From: Ignavibacteria bacterium | GTDB taxonomy: Bacteria > Bacteroidota > Ignavibacteria > Palsa-1295 | Assembly (NCBI GenBank): GCA_013287605.1 | Contig: JABDDM010000002.1 | Coordinates: forward strand, 1,145 to 65,144 | DNA: 64,000 nucleotides | Reading direction: 5' to 3' | Shown here: positions 19,928-29,201 of the stretch, piece by piece | Layout of the letters: each line of letters opens with the position of its first letter | Numbering within the stretch: position 1 is the first letter of the stretch | Translations under genes and position numbers: made by a program | The notes under the pieces: generated by a model | What the model saw: the letters and a program-made list of their open reading frames with translations, nothing else | Told to the model about the DNA's origin: nothing | Database searches by the model: none

Positions 19928-20107
19928 TTACTTCTTAAAGCTTTTTCGATCATTTCGACGGATTTCCTCTCGCAGTCGTCGTAAGTTCTCCTCCTTGGGA
20001 TTTTTGGGGAGAGCCATGGGAGCCTCCTTCGCAGAGTGTTTGGAATTCTCCTTAATAATTTTTTTCTGTTCAGGGGATAAAATGTCTTGCGTCGTTGGGT
20101 ATAGCAT
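19928..20107 (-). CDS. 59-aa charged ORF directly downstream of the Ntn protease (below the ORF-track cutoff)
   Basis: Hand translation MLYPTTQDILSPEQKKIIKENSKHSAKEAPMALPKNPKEENLRRLREEIRRNDRKSFKK; ATG lies 5 bp after the protease stop. Confidence 0.55.
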   Translation of the reverse strand: MLYPTTQDILSPEQKKIIKENSKHSAKEAPMALPKNPKEENLRRLREEIRRNDRKSFKK

Positions 20108-20112
20108 CTAAC

Positions 20113-21126
20113 TTACTCTTTGTGCTTTGAAACAGCGTGAAATCTAGTCTTGTAGGCTTCCTCGGACATCCATCTGAAGCCGTCGCTAGGTGTGATCAGC
20201 CCAATATGTATTTCGCCACCGACAGTCGGCAATCTATCGCTGAATTGCTGCGACTTGATCATCAGGTCTACCAAGAACTCAACAAACTCAATGGCCGCTT
20301 GTTCCGAGAAAAATCTCAATTCCGAAGACAGTCTGCTGTAGGCAAACGGAAAATCGAACCGTTCCTCAGATTTTGGCACTAATGTGTTGAAATCTGGGAC
20401 ATCTCCAGTATAGCCGTTCCCCTGCAAGTAGTTTTTTAGTCTTTCCTGGTAGAGGCCTAGGGCAAAGTAAGCTTGATGGATCGCCACACCCCACCCCCTG
20501 TCGTCGATACCATTCACAACTCGTTGAATCACGTCGTGTTGGCCACCAAATACGATACTATATCTGCTGGGATCCTCATTGCACTCGGTAATCTCTGGTT
20601 CGTCCCCATATTTGATCACGATTTTCCAAATTTCTGGATCATGACTCCCTTTGGAATATCCCGAAACGATTACTTCCATTGGTGAATAATATTGTGAGGA
20701 AGCTTTGTACTCCTTGTCAAGGTGCTCGCTTAGTGCCTTAGTCAAACTGTCCATTTTCTTCGCAGCGGTCTTGAACCCAGCTGACTCTTGGAATTCCTCA
20801 ATAATAGTCTTTAGACTCTTCGCGCCCAGGCTCGCTAATCCCGCAAAAAGTAGCCCTACTGGAAGGTGTTCCTTGGGCTTACCAAGTGGAAATAGTTTGG
20901 TAAGTGATGGTATCTGGTTAGACGGTATGGGTTGAGAGAGTTCGAAGAGTTTCTCGCTCGTAAGGGTGACCGGTACACCGTTAGCATCTGTTTTGGGATT
21001 GCCATTGGATTCAAAAAGATGCTGATATATTGAAATCCAAGGCACGTATGGATTACTGATTGTGCCCAAACTATCGCAGCCAAGGACAATGCAGTTACTA
21101 GTCGCCAAACTGATGGTGGTGGTCAT
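20113..21126 (-). CDS. Proteasome beta-subunit-like Ntn hydrolase (IS cargo)
   Basis: M-TTT start gives Thr1; Asp at position 17 (GCDS); TKLF, AGLA, VGGEIHIGLITPSDG; TATATTTG promoter element at 21156-21163 (minus strand). Confidence 0.8.
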   Translation of the reverse strand: MTTTISLATSNCIVLGCDSLGTISNPYVPWISIYQHLFESNGNPKTDANGVPVTLTSEKLFELSQPIPSNQIPSLTKLFPLGKPKEHLPVGLLFAGLASLGAKSLKTIIEEFQESAGFKTAAKKMDSLTKALSEHLDKEYKASSQYYSPMEVIVSGYSKGSHDPEIWKIVIKYGDEPEITECNEDPSRYSIVFGGQHDVIQRVVNGIDDRGWGVAIHQAYFALGLYQERLKNYLQGNGYTGDVPDFNTLVPKSEERFDFPFAYSRLSSELRFFSEQAAIEFVEFLVDLMIKSQQFSDRLPTVGGEIHIGLITPSDGFRWMSEEAYKTRFHAVSKHKE

Positions 21127-21379
21127 CTTCTCTATATTTGGAAGTGAGGAGGCAACAAATATACGTACTATTCTAATCGTTTCACGAAGATGCCGGTGAA
21201 TCTGGCCAAGTCCCCTGCTGAGTCAAGTATATCAGTCCCTGAATAAAGTTTTCACACACACTAGCGTTGCTTGAAGGAAATATTGATTCCAGATCAGAAT
21301 CGAGGATGTAACTGTGACTGACCTCTTATTATGAAAAACGTTTACACATCTCGCGGCTGATCCGCCTGGAGGATTCCAT

Positions 21380-21406
21380 GAGATCCTTCGTCGGCCCAGG
21401 ATGACA
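21380..21406. repeat. Degenerate REP-like unit (GATCCTTCG..CAGGATGAC class)
   Basis: GAGATCCTTCGTCGGCCCAGGATGACA ends in the same ATGACA tail as the neighbouring REPs. Confidence 0.5.
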
Positions 21407-21429
21407 AATCGAAATCCTAATCCCCAACT

Positions 21430-21471
21430 GTTCCCCGTTCCCCGTTCCCTGTTCCCTGTTCCCTGTTCCCC
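21430..21471. repeat. Heptamer tandem repeat (GTTCCCY)x6
   Basis: Read directly; related units at 45702-45810. Confidence 0.9.
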
Positions 21472-21609
21472 GACTCGCAGAGTCTCGATTGTTGAAAATT
21501 CGCAGAAACGGTTACTTCTCTTTTCGAATTATATGTGACGTGTTCTCACGCTGGGAAGGGTATAACCTTCGGCGCAGACGATAACCAAATAGAATATTTA
21601 GTCGACGAT

Positions 21610-22080
21610 ATGGGTAAGAGTTTGAATAAGGCGACGATTATCGGGAATGCCGGTAAGGATGCAGAGGTCCGATACACAGGTACTGGCAAAGCGGTCGCGA
21701 CCTTCAGTGTTGCGACCACAGATTCATGGAAAGACAAGACCTCCGGTCAGATGCAGGAAAAGACTGAGTGGCACAATATCGTGGCCTGGGAACGGCTTGG
21801 TGAGATCTGCGGGGAATATGTCAAGAAGGGCAAGCGAGTCTACATCGAGGGCCGCATCCAGTCGCGAAGCTATGATGATAAAGAAGGCAACAAGCGTTAC
21901 ATCACAGAGATTGTAGCAAGCGATATGATCCTTCTGGATGGCGGCACGCCACGCGAAGGCGGCGGCAACCACTCGGAGGGCTCGTACTCGAATAATCGAA
22001 GCGCAGCTCCAAGCCAGTCTAGCGCACCGGTGGTCCATGAGTTCGATCAGGCTAGCGCCGTCGACGATCTTCCGTTCTAA
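21610..22080 (+). CDS. ssb: Single-stranded DNA-binding protein
   Basis: SLNKATIIGN, TEWHNIVAW, VYIEGRIQSRSY, acidic DDLPF tail. Confidence 0.98.
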   Translation: MGKSLNKATIIGNAGKDAEVRYTGTGKAVATFSVATTDSWKDKTSGQMQEKTEWHNIVAWERLGEICGEYVKKGKRVYIEGRIQSRSYDDKEGNKRYITEIVASDMILLDGGTPREGGGNHSEGSYSNNRSAAPSQSSAPVVHEFDQASAVDDLPF

Positions 22081-22094
22081 AGTGCTGATTGTGG

Positions 22095-22120
22095 GTAGAG
22101 AACAGGATCCTGTTCTCTAC
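22095..22120. repeat. Perfect 26-bp palindrome (GTAG-type REP-like or terminator)
   Basis: GTAGAGAACAGGATCCTGTTCTCTAC is its own reverse complement. Confidence 0.7.
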
Positions 22121-22236
22121 CTTTGTTCTCTCTGCGCTCATCTTCGGCACAGCATTGGCTCGTATTTGGTCCAAGACGCGCTATTTGCGTAGATTTGTAC
22201 GCTGTTTTGCGCTCTAACACCCCTTTTACCCAACCA

Positions 22237-23199
22237 TTGGCAACCGAACGCTCGACTGATGTTAAAGTAGGATTGACCGTTATTGTCGGCCTTCTTATCC
22301 TTTTTCTTGGTATCACCTGGGCGAAAGGCTTAAATATTTTCGGCGCAATCGAGAGCTCGTCGTACATCCGCTTTCACGAGATCGGTGGCCTTGAGGTTGG
22401 CGATCCTGTTTCGATCAGTGGAGTCAAGCGAGGACGCGTCGACAACATTTGGACTCGAGCTACGGATGTGCTAGTAAAGATCACGTTGCCACGTGACGTC
22501 GTCCTCCATAAGGACGCGATTGCCAAGATCATGATGCTCGAACTCATGGGTGGCAAAAAGATCGAGATGTCAATAGGTAGCTTGCCGCCAGTACGAAAGG
22601 AGTCTGATACCCTTGATGGTTATTTCAGCGGCGATGTCGGCACGCTTGTGGAAATGGTGACAGGTCTCTCGGGGACAGTGACATCGCTGGCAAACAATGC
22701 GGATACGATGTTTCTGTCGCTCAACAATTTCTTCCGTGATAACGACCTGAAGGGCACCGTCAACAAGACGCTCAAAGATGCACAGCAGACGCTCGAACAT
22801 TTTGACGTGACAGCGCACAAGGTCAACGCGATGCTCGACGACAACGCAGGACCGATCAAACGTACGTTGCAGCAGGCTGAATCCGCGACCAAGGATCTCG
22901 CAGAGTTTTTGCAGACGGACCGTCCTATCATTCACGCGCTGCTCGACACGACGAGTCTTGTAATGCATGACGCGCGCAGCCTGGTACTGAAAGCAACGAG
23001 CGTTTTTGCAAATGTTGATACGCTGCTTGAGGGTGCATCGCGCAACAATACAGTTCTTTTCAAACTGACCAAAGATGTCGCGTTCGGCAACCGGCTTGAT
23101 ACGCTTGTCACAAATCTGAATAAGTTTATCGAGCAGCTCCGCAAGCAGGGACTTGATGCAAATATTCGGTTCTTCGAGTCCTCGAAGCCGTTACCATAA
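22237..23199 (+). CDS. MlaD/MCE-family protein
   Basis: KVGL TM anchor; GGLEVGDPVSISGVKRGRV; LMGGKKIEM; helical C-terminus; TAGATTTG element at 22190-22197 supports a TTG start at 22237. Confidence 0.9.
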   Translation: MATERSTDVKVGLTVIVGLLILFLGITWAKGLNIFGAIESSSYIRFHEIGGLEVGDPVSISGVKRGRVDNIWTRATDVLVKITLPRDVVLHKDAIAKIMMLELMGGKKIEMSIGSLPPVRKESDTLDGYFSGDVGTLVEMVTGLSGTVTSLANNADTMFLSLNNFFRDNDLKGTVNKTLKDAQQTLEHFDVTAHKVNAMLDDNAGPIKRTLQQAESATKDLAEFLQTDRPIIHALLDTTSLVMHDARSLVLKATSVFANVDTLLEGASRNNTVLFKLTKDVAFGNRLDTLVTNLNKFIEQLRKQGLDANIRFFESSKPLP

Positions 23200-23273
23200 A
23201 ATCTTTCAGATGCGGAGCGATTGCGTACGTCAATCTTGTTGCACAACCGGCATTTCAAATCTTTTCGATAACC

Positions 23274-24305
23274 ATGATCCGTTTTGCTTCACGCTCGCTC
23301 ATCATTACGATCACAGCGCTCCTCTCGTTACAAAGCTGTTCAAAGAAGACAGAGGACCTGACGCCCGTTTCGCCGGGCGAGACGATCACGTACAAAGATG
23401 ATTCGCGAAAGTTTAGCTTCAAGGCTCCAAAGGCCTGGGTCGCGGAGTCGCAGCCAGGAGTCAGAACAAGCTATTATTCGACACCCGGCACAGAGCAGCG
23501 CTTCACTAATTTTACGACCGGAGACTACGGTGCGCGGATTGAAGTAGGTGTCGATAGCGGAAAATCTGCGGCCGAAGATGCGGCGGCATTTCGTACCAGC
23601 ATCGAGGGTGTGACCTTCAGCAACCCGGAGCCCTCAACCCTTGGTGGACAGCCGGCGGTCAAAGTTAGCTACTCGCAAGGCAACGATGAAAACGGGCTGA
23701 ACGGTTATCGAATCTTTGCCGATCATGATTCACTCGTGACCTACTTCGACGCGGCGACATTTGGACCTGGAAGAATGTCGAAGTACAAGCCGGTATTTGA
23801 TCTTGCTGAGAAGTCAGTAGTACCAGCGCATGTGATGCGCATCAGCGCGGGCGGCAAAATGGATAGCGCGACCGAAGCGCAGATGAACGAGGACATCAAG
23901 CCTTCGGATCAGATGAGTACCTACCGCGGCAACGGATTCACGATCGACTATCCAGCCAACTTCAACATCCGCGCTTCTTCAAAAGGCGTGCTGATCAAGG
24001 GTGAGCGAAACGACGCGACGATTCAGGTTGATGTGCTCGACAATCCAGGCGGCGCAGATCTTGGTAAATTTGTTGAAGAGAATTCGCAAAAGGTGTATCA
24101 CGGCGCCGCCGTTCAGAATGCGACCGTCGGCGGCCAGCCTGCGAAGGTGATCAGTTATTCATTCCAGCCTTCGGCTGCATCGAAAGCGTATTTTGTCTCA
24201 CGCGGCAAACAGGTTTATAGAATCACGATCAACTGGCCGGTAGCGCAGGAAGCTTCATATAAGCCAGCGATTGAGCGTGCGGCGCAAAGCTTTAAGCTAC
24301 AGTAG
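23274..24305 (+). CDS. Lipoprotein with two tandem PsbP/DcrB-like domains
   Basis: Lipobox LQSC; internal duplication (FSFKAPKAW/FTIDYPANF, GGQPAVKVSYS/GGQPAKVISYS). Confidence 0.75.
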   Translation: MIRFASRSLIITITALLSLQSCSKKTEDLTPVSPGETITYKDDSRKFSFKAPKAWVAESQPGVRTSYYSTPGTEQRFTNFTTGDYGARIEVGVDSGKSAAEDAAAFRTSIEGVTFSNPEPSTLGGQPAVKVSYSQGNDENGLNGYRIFADHDSLVTYFDAATFGPGRMSKYKPVFDLAEKSVVPAHVMRISAGGKMDSATEAQMNEDIKPSDQMSTYRGNGFTIDYPANFNIRASSKGVLIKGERNDATIQVDVLDNPGGADLGKFVEENSQKVYHGAAVQNATVGGQPAKVISYSFQPSAASKAYFVSRGKQVYRITINWPVAQEASYKPAIERAAQSFKLQ

Positions 24306-24370
24306 AAAAACAAGTTGCTCTTCTCACTGGAGAAGCCCTTCCTCAGTTTGAGGTTGGGCTTCTCAATTTG

Positions 24371-25249
24371 ATGCGAGTCCCAGATATGGAATCAACACTG
24401 CGATCGAAGATCGAAGCGTTCGTTGCGATGCCTCCCTCCGAACTTGAAGGAAAGAAAAAAGCGGCGCTCGAATGCTTTGCGTTACTTAAGCAGCAACTCA
24501 ACGAAGGTGTCGTGCGCGCCGCTGAACCGGACAGCAGTTCAGCAACTGGTTGGCGGACGAACAGGTGGGTCAAGCAAGGGATCTTATTGGGATTTAGGAT
24601 TGGAGTTCTAAGAGAGGTCGAGAGCACACCGCCATGGAGTTTTTTTGATAAGTCCACGGTGCCGGTGAAGTCATTCCGAATCGAGGACAATGTTAGAGTC
24701 GTCCCCGGCGGCAGCACAGTCCGTGATGGTGCGTTCGTTTCGAACGGAGTTATCATCATGCCTCCGGCTTATGTGAACATCGGTGCCTATATCGGTGAGG
24801 GTACGCTGGTCGATTCGCACGCACTTGTTGGCTCCTGCGCGCAAGTTGGAAAGCGTGTACACATCAGCGCTGCGGCTCAGATCGGTGGTGTGCTCGAACC
24901 TGCCGGAGCAATGCCAGTGATCATTGAAGACGATGTTCTGCTCGGTGGCAATACTGGAGTCTATGAAGGTTGTATCGTGAAGACCAGAGCAGTGCTAGGT
25001 ACCGGTGTTGTATTGACGGGATCGACACCACTGTATGATGTTGTCAATGATAGGATCATCTCACGCGCTTCTGCTGACGAACCTTTGATCATTCCTGAAG
25101 GAGCCGTGGTGATCGCGGGCTCACGATCCATCGCCAATCGCTCGGCTTTTGCAAAAGAACACTCACTCGCGCTCTATACCCCGATCATTATCAAGTATCG
25201 TGACGCGAAGACCGACGGAAGAACTGCGCTTGAAAATGCGTTGCGATAA
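24371..25249 (+). CDS. dapD: Tetrahydrodipicolinate N-succinyltransferase
   Basis: WVKQGILLGFR, FFDK, VNIGAY, VGSCAQVG, IGGVLEP, hexapeptide repeats. Confidence 0.97.
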   Translation: MRVPDMESTLRSKIEAFVAMPPSELEGKKKAALECFALLKQQLNEGVVRAAEPDSSSATGWRTNRWVKQGILLGFRIGVLREVESTPPWSFFDKSTVPVKSFRIEDNVRVVPGGSTVRDGAFVSNGVIIMPPAYVNIGAYIGEGTLVDSHALVGSCAQVGKRVHISAAAQIGGVLEPAGAMPVIIEDDVLLGGNTGVYEGCIVKTRAVLGTGVVLTGSTPLYDVVNDRIISRASADEPLIIPEGAVVIAGSRSIANRSAFAKEHSLALYTPIIIKYRDAKTDGRTALENALR

Positions 25250-25250
25250 G

Positions 25251-26375
25251 TCATCGAACATCGATCGTAGTGAACAGCCCTGTCTCCTTCCAAGCGTGAC
25301 GTGATTGCAGGATCATCAGGATCACAAATACGGAGATAGCCGCGATTACGAGCGCGTCTGTCGAGTGTACATTGGGTAAGAGCGCAATCACTCCAATCGC
25401 AAACGTAAGCCAAAGTTGTGGCGCGCTCCGAAATGGAATGGCTGCCACCAGTAAGAGAATGAAGGGCGTAATCGAGATCGCAAGTCCTGTGACGACCAAC
25501 AGCGTCATCACGAAGAGCGATGCGAAGAGCGCCGTGTCCTTTCCGCTCAATTCGGCACGGTACAGAAAAGCGATCGTGACCAGGATGGCGAGTCCTAAGA
25601 GAATTCCGACCATGCCGATACTCCCTGTCCATGGAAGGACAAGAATCGAGAGCACTTTCTGAGGTCCATACGGCAGCATCACCAGAGATGCACAAGCACA
25701 GTACGCGACAACTGCGAGCGCCAATTGGCGAGGCCACTGCTCCCTCGCGGTTCTGGAGATAAGGTGCTTAAGAAATATCCCGACAAGCGCCAAGCCGAGA
25801 ATACCGAATCCGAAAGAGAGTCCGAGGAATGCAAAGGCGATCCACCAACCCCCTTTTATCAAAAACCAGAACGCCCATGCCGCGCACATGAACAAGACGA
25901 ATACACCGTTGTGACCAAAGAGCACGAGCAGGACCGTGGGGTTCAGAATGAAGAGCAGCGTAAATCGCGGCCGCCGTTCAAGTAAGCGAAGCGTCTTCAA
26001 TAACGCGAAGACAATACCAAGATAGCCCGCGGCGCCGATCGCTCGCTCGAGACGAGATGGAAGTGGCAGCAGATAGTGAGGCAGATTAGAAATTGCGAGC
26101 GGCTCATTGTACCAACCACCGAACATTAACTGTGTCGAAGGGAAGACGGACAGCACCGCAAAGGCTGCTGCGATCGCGAGCAACCAATTGACGAATTGAT
26201 TTGGGTCTTTATCCTCGAGTACGTTCGATGATTTGTAGGCCAAGAACATCACTGCCCACATTGCGACAGAGCAAACGAGCGCAGACCATCCCGTCGCTAT
26301 GCCAAACCCAACCACTGCGGTTAGCAGTAGTTGTGCAAAAACGGCAACAAAAAATTGAATCGTGGAGCGGGCCAA
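25251..26375 (-). CDS. Polytopic membrane protein, possibly GT-C glycosyltransferase-like
   Basis: About 10 hydrophobic segments; LNP...GHN motif. Confidence 0.6.
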   Translation of the reverse strand: MARSTIQFFVAVFAQLLLTAVVGFGIATGWSALVCSVAMWAVMFLAYKSSNVLEDKDPNQFVNWLLAIAAAFAVLSVFPSTQLMFGGWYNEPLAISNLPHYLLPLPSRLERAIGAAGYLGIVFALLKTLRLLERRPRFTLLFILNPTVLLVLFGHNGVFVLFMCAAWAFWFLIKGGWWIAFAFLGLSFGFGILGLALVGIFLKHLISRTAREQWPRQLALAVVAYCACASLVMLPYGPQKVLSILVLPWTGSIGMVGILLGLAILVTIAFLYRAELSGKDTALFASLFVMTLLVVTGLAISITPFILLLVAAIPFRSAPQLWLTFAIGVIALLPNVHSTDALVIAAISVFVILMILQSRHAWKETGLFTTIDVR

Positions 26376-26422
26376 ATGGTGCAGAGTTAAGGAGCGGAGA
26401 AAAATGCGGACGGCGGTCGTCC

Positions 26423-26848
26423 TTATTTCAGCACAAAATTAAAGAGGACTTGCGTGCCGTCGCCAGAACTGCGGACCTGCAGATCGTTCGTAAGTGCTCG
26501 AAGAAGAAAAATGCCGCGGCCCCCAGGACGGAAGAGAAGATCTCCCTGCGTAGGATCTGGAACGGCCGCTGGATCGAAGCCATCACCTTCGTCATCGACC
26601 TGGATCGCAACCTTGCGCGAGCTTGCTTCGAGCGAAATCACTACGCGATGCTCCTCATGCTCTTTGGAGCCATGACGGATCGCGTTGGTCACCGCTTCGG
26701 AGATCGCAAGCAATATATTATGAAGTGCTACTTCGGGAAGCCGAAGTTCAGCCAGCGTAGAAACTGCCCAACCGTGTACCGTCTCCAAAGAAGATAGTAC
26801 CCCCGGCACCACAAGCCTCTTGTGGATCATCCCCTGCTCACTCTTCAT
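26423..26848 (-). CDS. RsbW-like anti-sigma factor / Ser-Thr kinase (HATPase)
   Basis: EAVTNAIRHG, DEGDGFDP, GGRGIFL. Confidence 0.92.
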   Translation of the reverse strand: MKSEQGMIHKRLVVPGVLSSLETVHGWAVSTLAELRLPEVALHNILLAISEAVTNAIRHGSKEHEEHRVVISLEASSRKVAIQVDDEGDGFDPAAVPDPTQGDLLFRPGGRGIFLLRALTNDLQVRSSGDGTQVLFNFVLK

Positions 26849-26899
26849 GAACTGCGTAACGAACGTTCGATAGTAATTAGAACAAGAATGAAAGAAGTA

Positions 26900-27403
26900 T
26901 TACTCTGCTTTTGCGGTGAGCATCCAGTCCTTAACAATGGCCAGATCTCCAATGAGATCAATGAGTCTCGCAAAGCTTTGTGCGTCTACCGAAGTGTAGG
27001 CCGCCGCATCCGAGAATCCAAGCTGTTCAGATTCAACAAGAACCTTCTGCACCTTTTCTACGGCTTCTGCAAAGGATTGTTGCATTCGGTCGAACCCCAT
27101 TGCGTCTTTGCCCTCGCGGCGCATAACGGCGAACGTTCTGTGAGCAAAGCGCGCATAAAACGTCAGGTCGAAGAGTAGCTCAGTTTCGCCATTGAGAGCA
27201 GTCACGATCGAGCTTATCGCATCAGCGTTTTTGAGCCTCCGCGCCTGGGCACTCGACCAGAACTTCCCAAAATCCACGTCTGAAGAACTGCTCACCGAAT
27301 GCTCTGCTCGCAATTCAAGAACATTAATGCTTGATTCATTTGAGGGTAACACCCAGCTAAAACCAGGAGACGATTTTTGCAGCGATCCGAAACGACACAA
27401 CAC
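26900..27403 (-). CDS. Hypothetical helical protein
   Basis: Co-oriented ORF in the operon; start uncertain, probably downstream of 27403. Confidence 0.6.
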   Translation of the reverse strand: MLCRFGSLQKSSPGFSWVLPSNESSINVLELRAEHSVSSSSDVDFGKFWSSAQARRLKNADAISSIVTALNGETELLFDLTFYARFAHRTFAVMRREGKDAMGFDRMQQSFAEAVEKVQKVLVESEQLGFSDAAAYTSVDAQSFARLIDLIGDLAIVKDWMLTAKAE

Positions 27404-27485
27404 TCATCTCACCTTAATCACATCTCTGAAGGGTTGTTTGCACAACCCTTTTTTGATTTTAAAGAATTGAGATCGGCATGAAACC

Positions 27486-28109
27486 TTACAATGCAGAATC
27501 CGCCATTGCAGGTTCGCTTGCGCGCGTCGACGCAGAGGAACTGTGATCGGACACAGCTCCGCTGATGAAGCCGAGAAGCTCGTTGTGATATTTGTCAAAC
27601 AATTCGGGGACGATCTCTGGAAGCAGTTGGCGAAGCGCTTCGGATGAATGCGGCTTCTCTTTTACGATCGACTGCAATTGACGGTTGTTAAACAGCGAGA
27701 ACGGCTTCAGGTCCTGCTCTTTTGCGATGCCATTGCGCCACTTGCGGATCGCCTCGTATAGCGGCATGTCTTCCTGGGCCACATCGATCACAATCTCGGG
27801 ACGAGGAGCTTTCTCTCTCGGAGCGTCACGCTTGGGTCCGCGCTCATTTTTGATTCCACGACCGTCGCGATCGGAAGGCCGCTCGTTGCGATCGTTTCTA
27901 CCGTGTTCTTCTCTCGAGCGTGGGTTCCGGCGTTCCTGCGGATCGTCGCGTCGCTCTTCATAGGCAACGAGCACGTTCCAGACACCATTGATCGGGTCAC
28001 CGCTGAACTCGGTGCCCCAATGTCGTACGATTTTGTTCTCTAGAAACTGGTTGATTGCGTTCTCTTCCGCTTCGTTTGTGATGCGGAAAGATCTTACACG
28101 GATCGCCAT
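27486..28109 (-). CDS. HRDC-domain protein
   Basis: LYEAIRKWRNGIAKEQDLKPFSLFNNRQLQSIV..KP; small N-domain and charged linker. Confidence 0.85.
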   Translation of the reverse strand: MAIRVRSFRITNEAEENAINQFLENKIVRHWGTEFSGDPINGVWNVLVAYEERRDDPQERRNPRSREEHGRNDRNERPSDRDGRGIKNERGPKRDAPREKAPRPEIVIDVAQEDMPLYEAIRKWRNGIAKEQDLKPFSLFNNRQLQSIVKEKPHSSEALRQLLPEIVPELFDKYHNELLGFISGAVSDHSSSASTRASEPAMADSAL

Positions 28110-28251
28110 ACGCTGTTTGTGGCTTGAAATGATACTACGCCGCTCGGCCAATTGCTGTGCGGCAGGAAATGTTCGCCCAGTAATTTAGGGCGTACCTACA
28201 ACATTGAAGCGGAAGAATCTCTCCCGCGATTTTAGTATCTTCCAGGCTTTC

Positions 28252-28917
28252 TTAGCTCGTATCGTCAAGCCTCGCTTCCCTGACGTTGTGACGAAGAAGA
28301 AAGACGAGTAGTGCGCCCGAAGCAAATCCCCCGATGTGAGCCATGTAGGCGATGCCGCCAGTGGCGTTCGATGCGCGATTAAAGACATCAACAGAGCCGG
28401 AAACGAGCTGTGTTACAATCCAAAGTCCCAATACGAACCAGGCACTAACGTTCACGATGAAAAATCCCATCAATACCCGTACTTTGTTTTTCGGATAAAG
28501 GATTAGATAAGCGGCCAGCACTCCCGAGATCGCACCTGATGCGCCGAGATTGGGGATGTTAGAGCTGGGGTAGGCAATGATCTGCGCGAGAAATGCGATC
28601 ATGCCGCACAGAAGATAAAACACCAGATATCGAAAGTGGCCGAGCCGATCCTCCACGTTGTCACCGAAGACGAAGAGATAAAGCATATTGCCTAGCAGGT
28701 GTGCCCAACCGGCGTGCATGAACATCGCAGTAATCAAGGTCTGGATCGGTGGGAAGCCGCTAGTGTAATCAAGCGGGAGAACTGACCACTTGACGACGAA
28801 CGTATCGCCGCGTTGCATCTCGATGTAAAACATGACCACGTTCGAGGCAATCAGTGCGAACGTAACGAATGGAAAGGAAACGCGCTTCGAGTTATCGTCG
28901 CCTATGGGTATGAACAT
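28252..28917 (-). CDS. Rhomboid intramembrane serine protease
   Basis: MFMHAGWAHLLGNM, GASGAISG, AHIGGF. Confidence 0.96.
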   Translation of the reverse strand: MFIPIGDDNSKRVSFPFVTFALIASNVVMFYIEMQRGDTFVVKWSVLPLDYTSGFPPIQTLITAMFMHAGWAHLLGNMLYLFVFGDNVEDRLGHFRYLVFYLLCGMIAFLAQIIAYPSSNIPNLGASGAISGVLAAYLILYPKNKVRVLMGFFIVNVSAWFVLGLWIVTQLVSGSVDVFNRASNATGGIAYMAHIGGFASGALLVFLLRHNVREARLDDTS

Positions 28918-29008
28918 GCAGTGATCGCCTAGAGATTGGTCGGACGAAGATACCAAGAGTGACGGAGGTGCACTCGCTAGCGAAAGAGAACCTTAGGAAA
29001 CTACGACG

Positions 29009-29083
29009 TGGGCATTGCGGGGTTCGAACCTGCGACCTTTCGCGTGTGAGGCGAACGCTCTGGACCAACTGAGCTAAATGCCC
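29009..29083 (-). tRNA. tRNA-Val(CAC)
   Basis: Cloverleaf GGGCATT/AATGCCC-A; anticodon arm TTCGC-CTCACAC-GCGAA; T loop TTCGAAC; CCA not encoded. Confidence 0.96.
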
Positions 29084-29201
29084 GATGCCACTGGTCTTGA
29101 AACCGATAGCAGCCGAATAACTCACCACTATTCGACGTGGTTCCGATTGGATCTCAGAGACCGGAGTTCGTTCACTGGTCTCGAGTAAGAAGCGAAGGCT
29201 C

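Larger units (their letters stand above)
16618..21239 (+). mobile_element. IS1595-family cargo-carrying transposon (tIS), 4622 bp
   Basis: Left TIR GGGACTAACATACTTGACTCAGCAG vs right TIR (reverse complement) GGGACTGATATACTTGACTCAGCAG, 23/25 match; TSD TGAATAAA at 16610-16617 and 21240-21247; internal IS1595 transposase. Confidence 0.95.

Noticed and set aside
19887..20111. Plus-strand 74-aa ORF
   Set aside because: It is the antisense shadow of the 59-aa minus-strand ORF coupled to the protease.
21430..21471. CRISPR array
   Set aside because: 7-bp tandem units without spacers; no cas genes in the window.
29009..29083. tRNA-Val as the integration site of an island
   Set aside because: No duplicated 3' end and no integrase seen.
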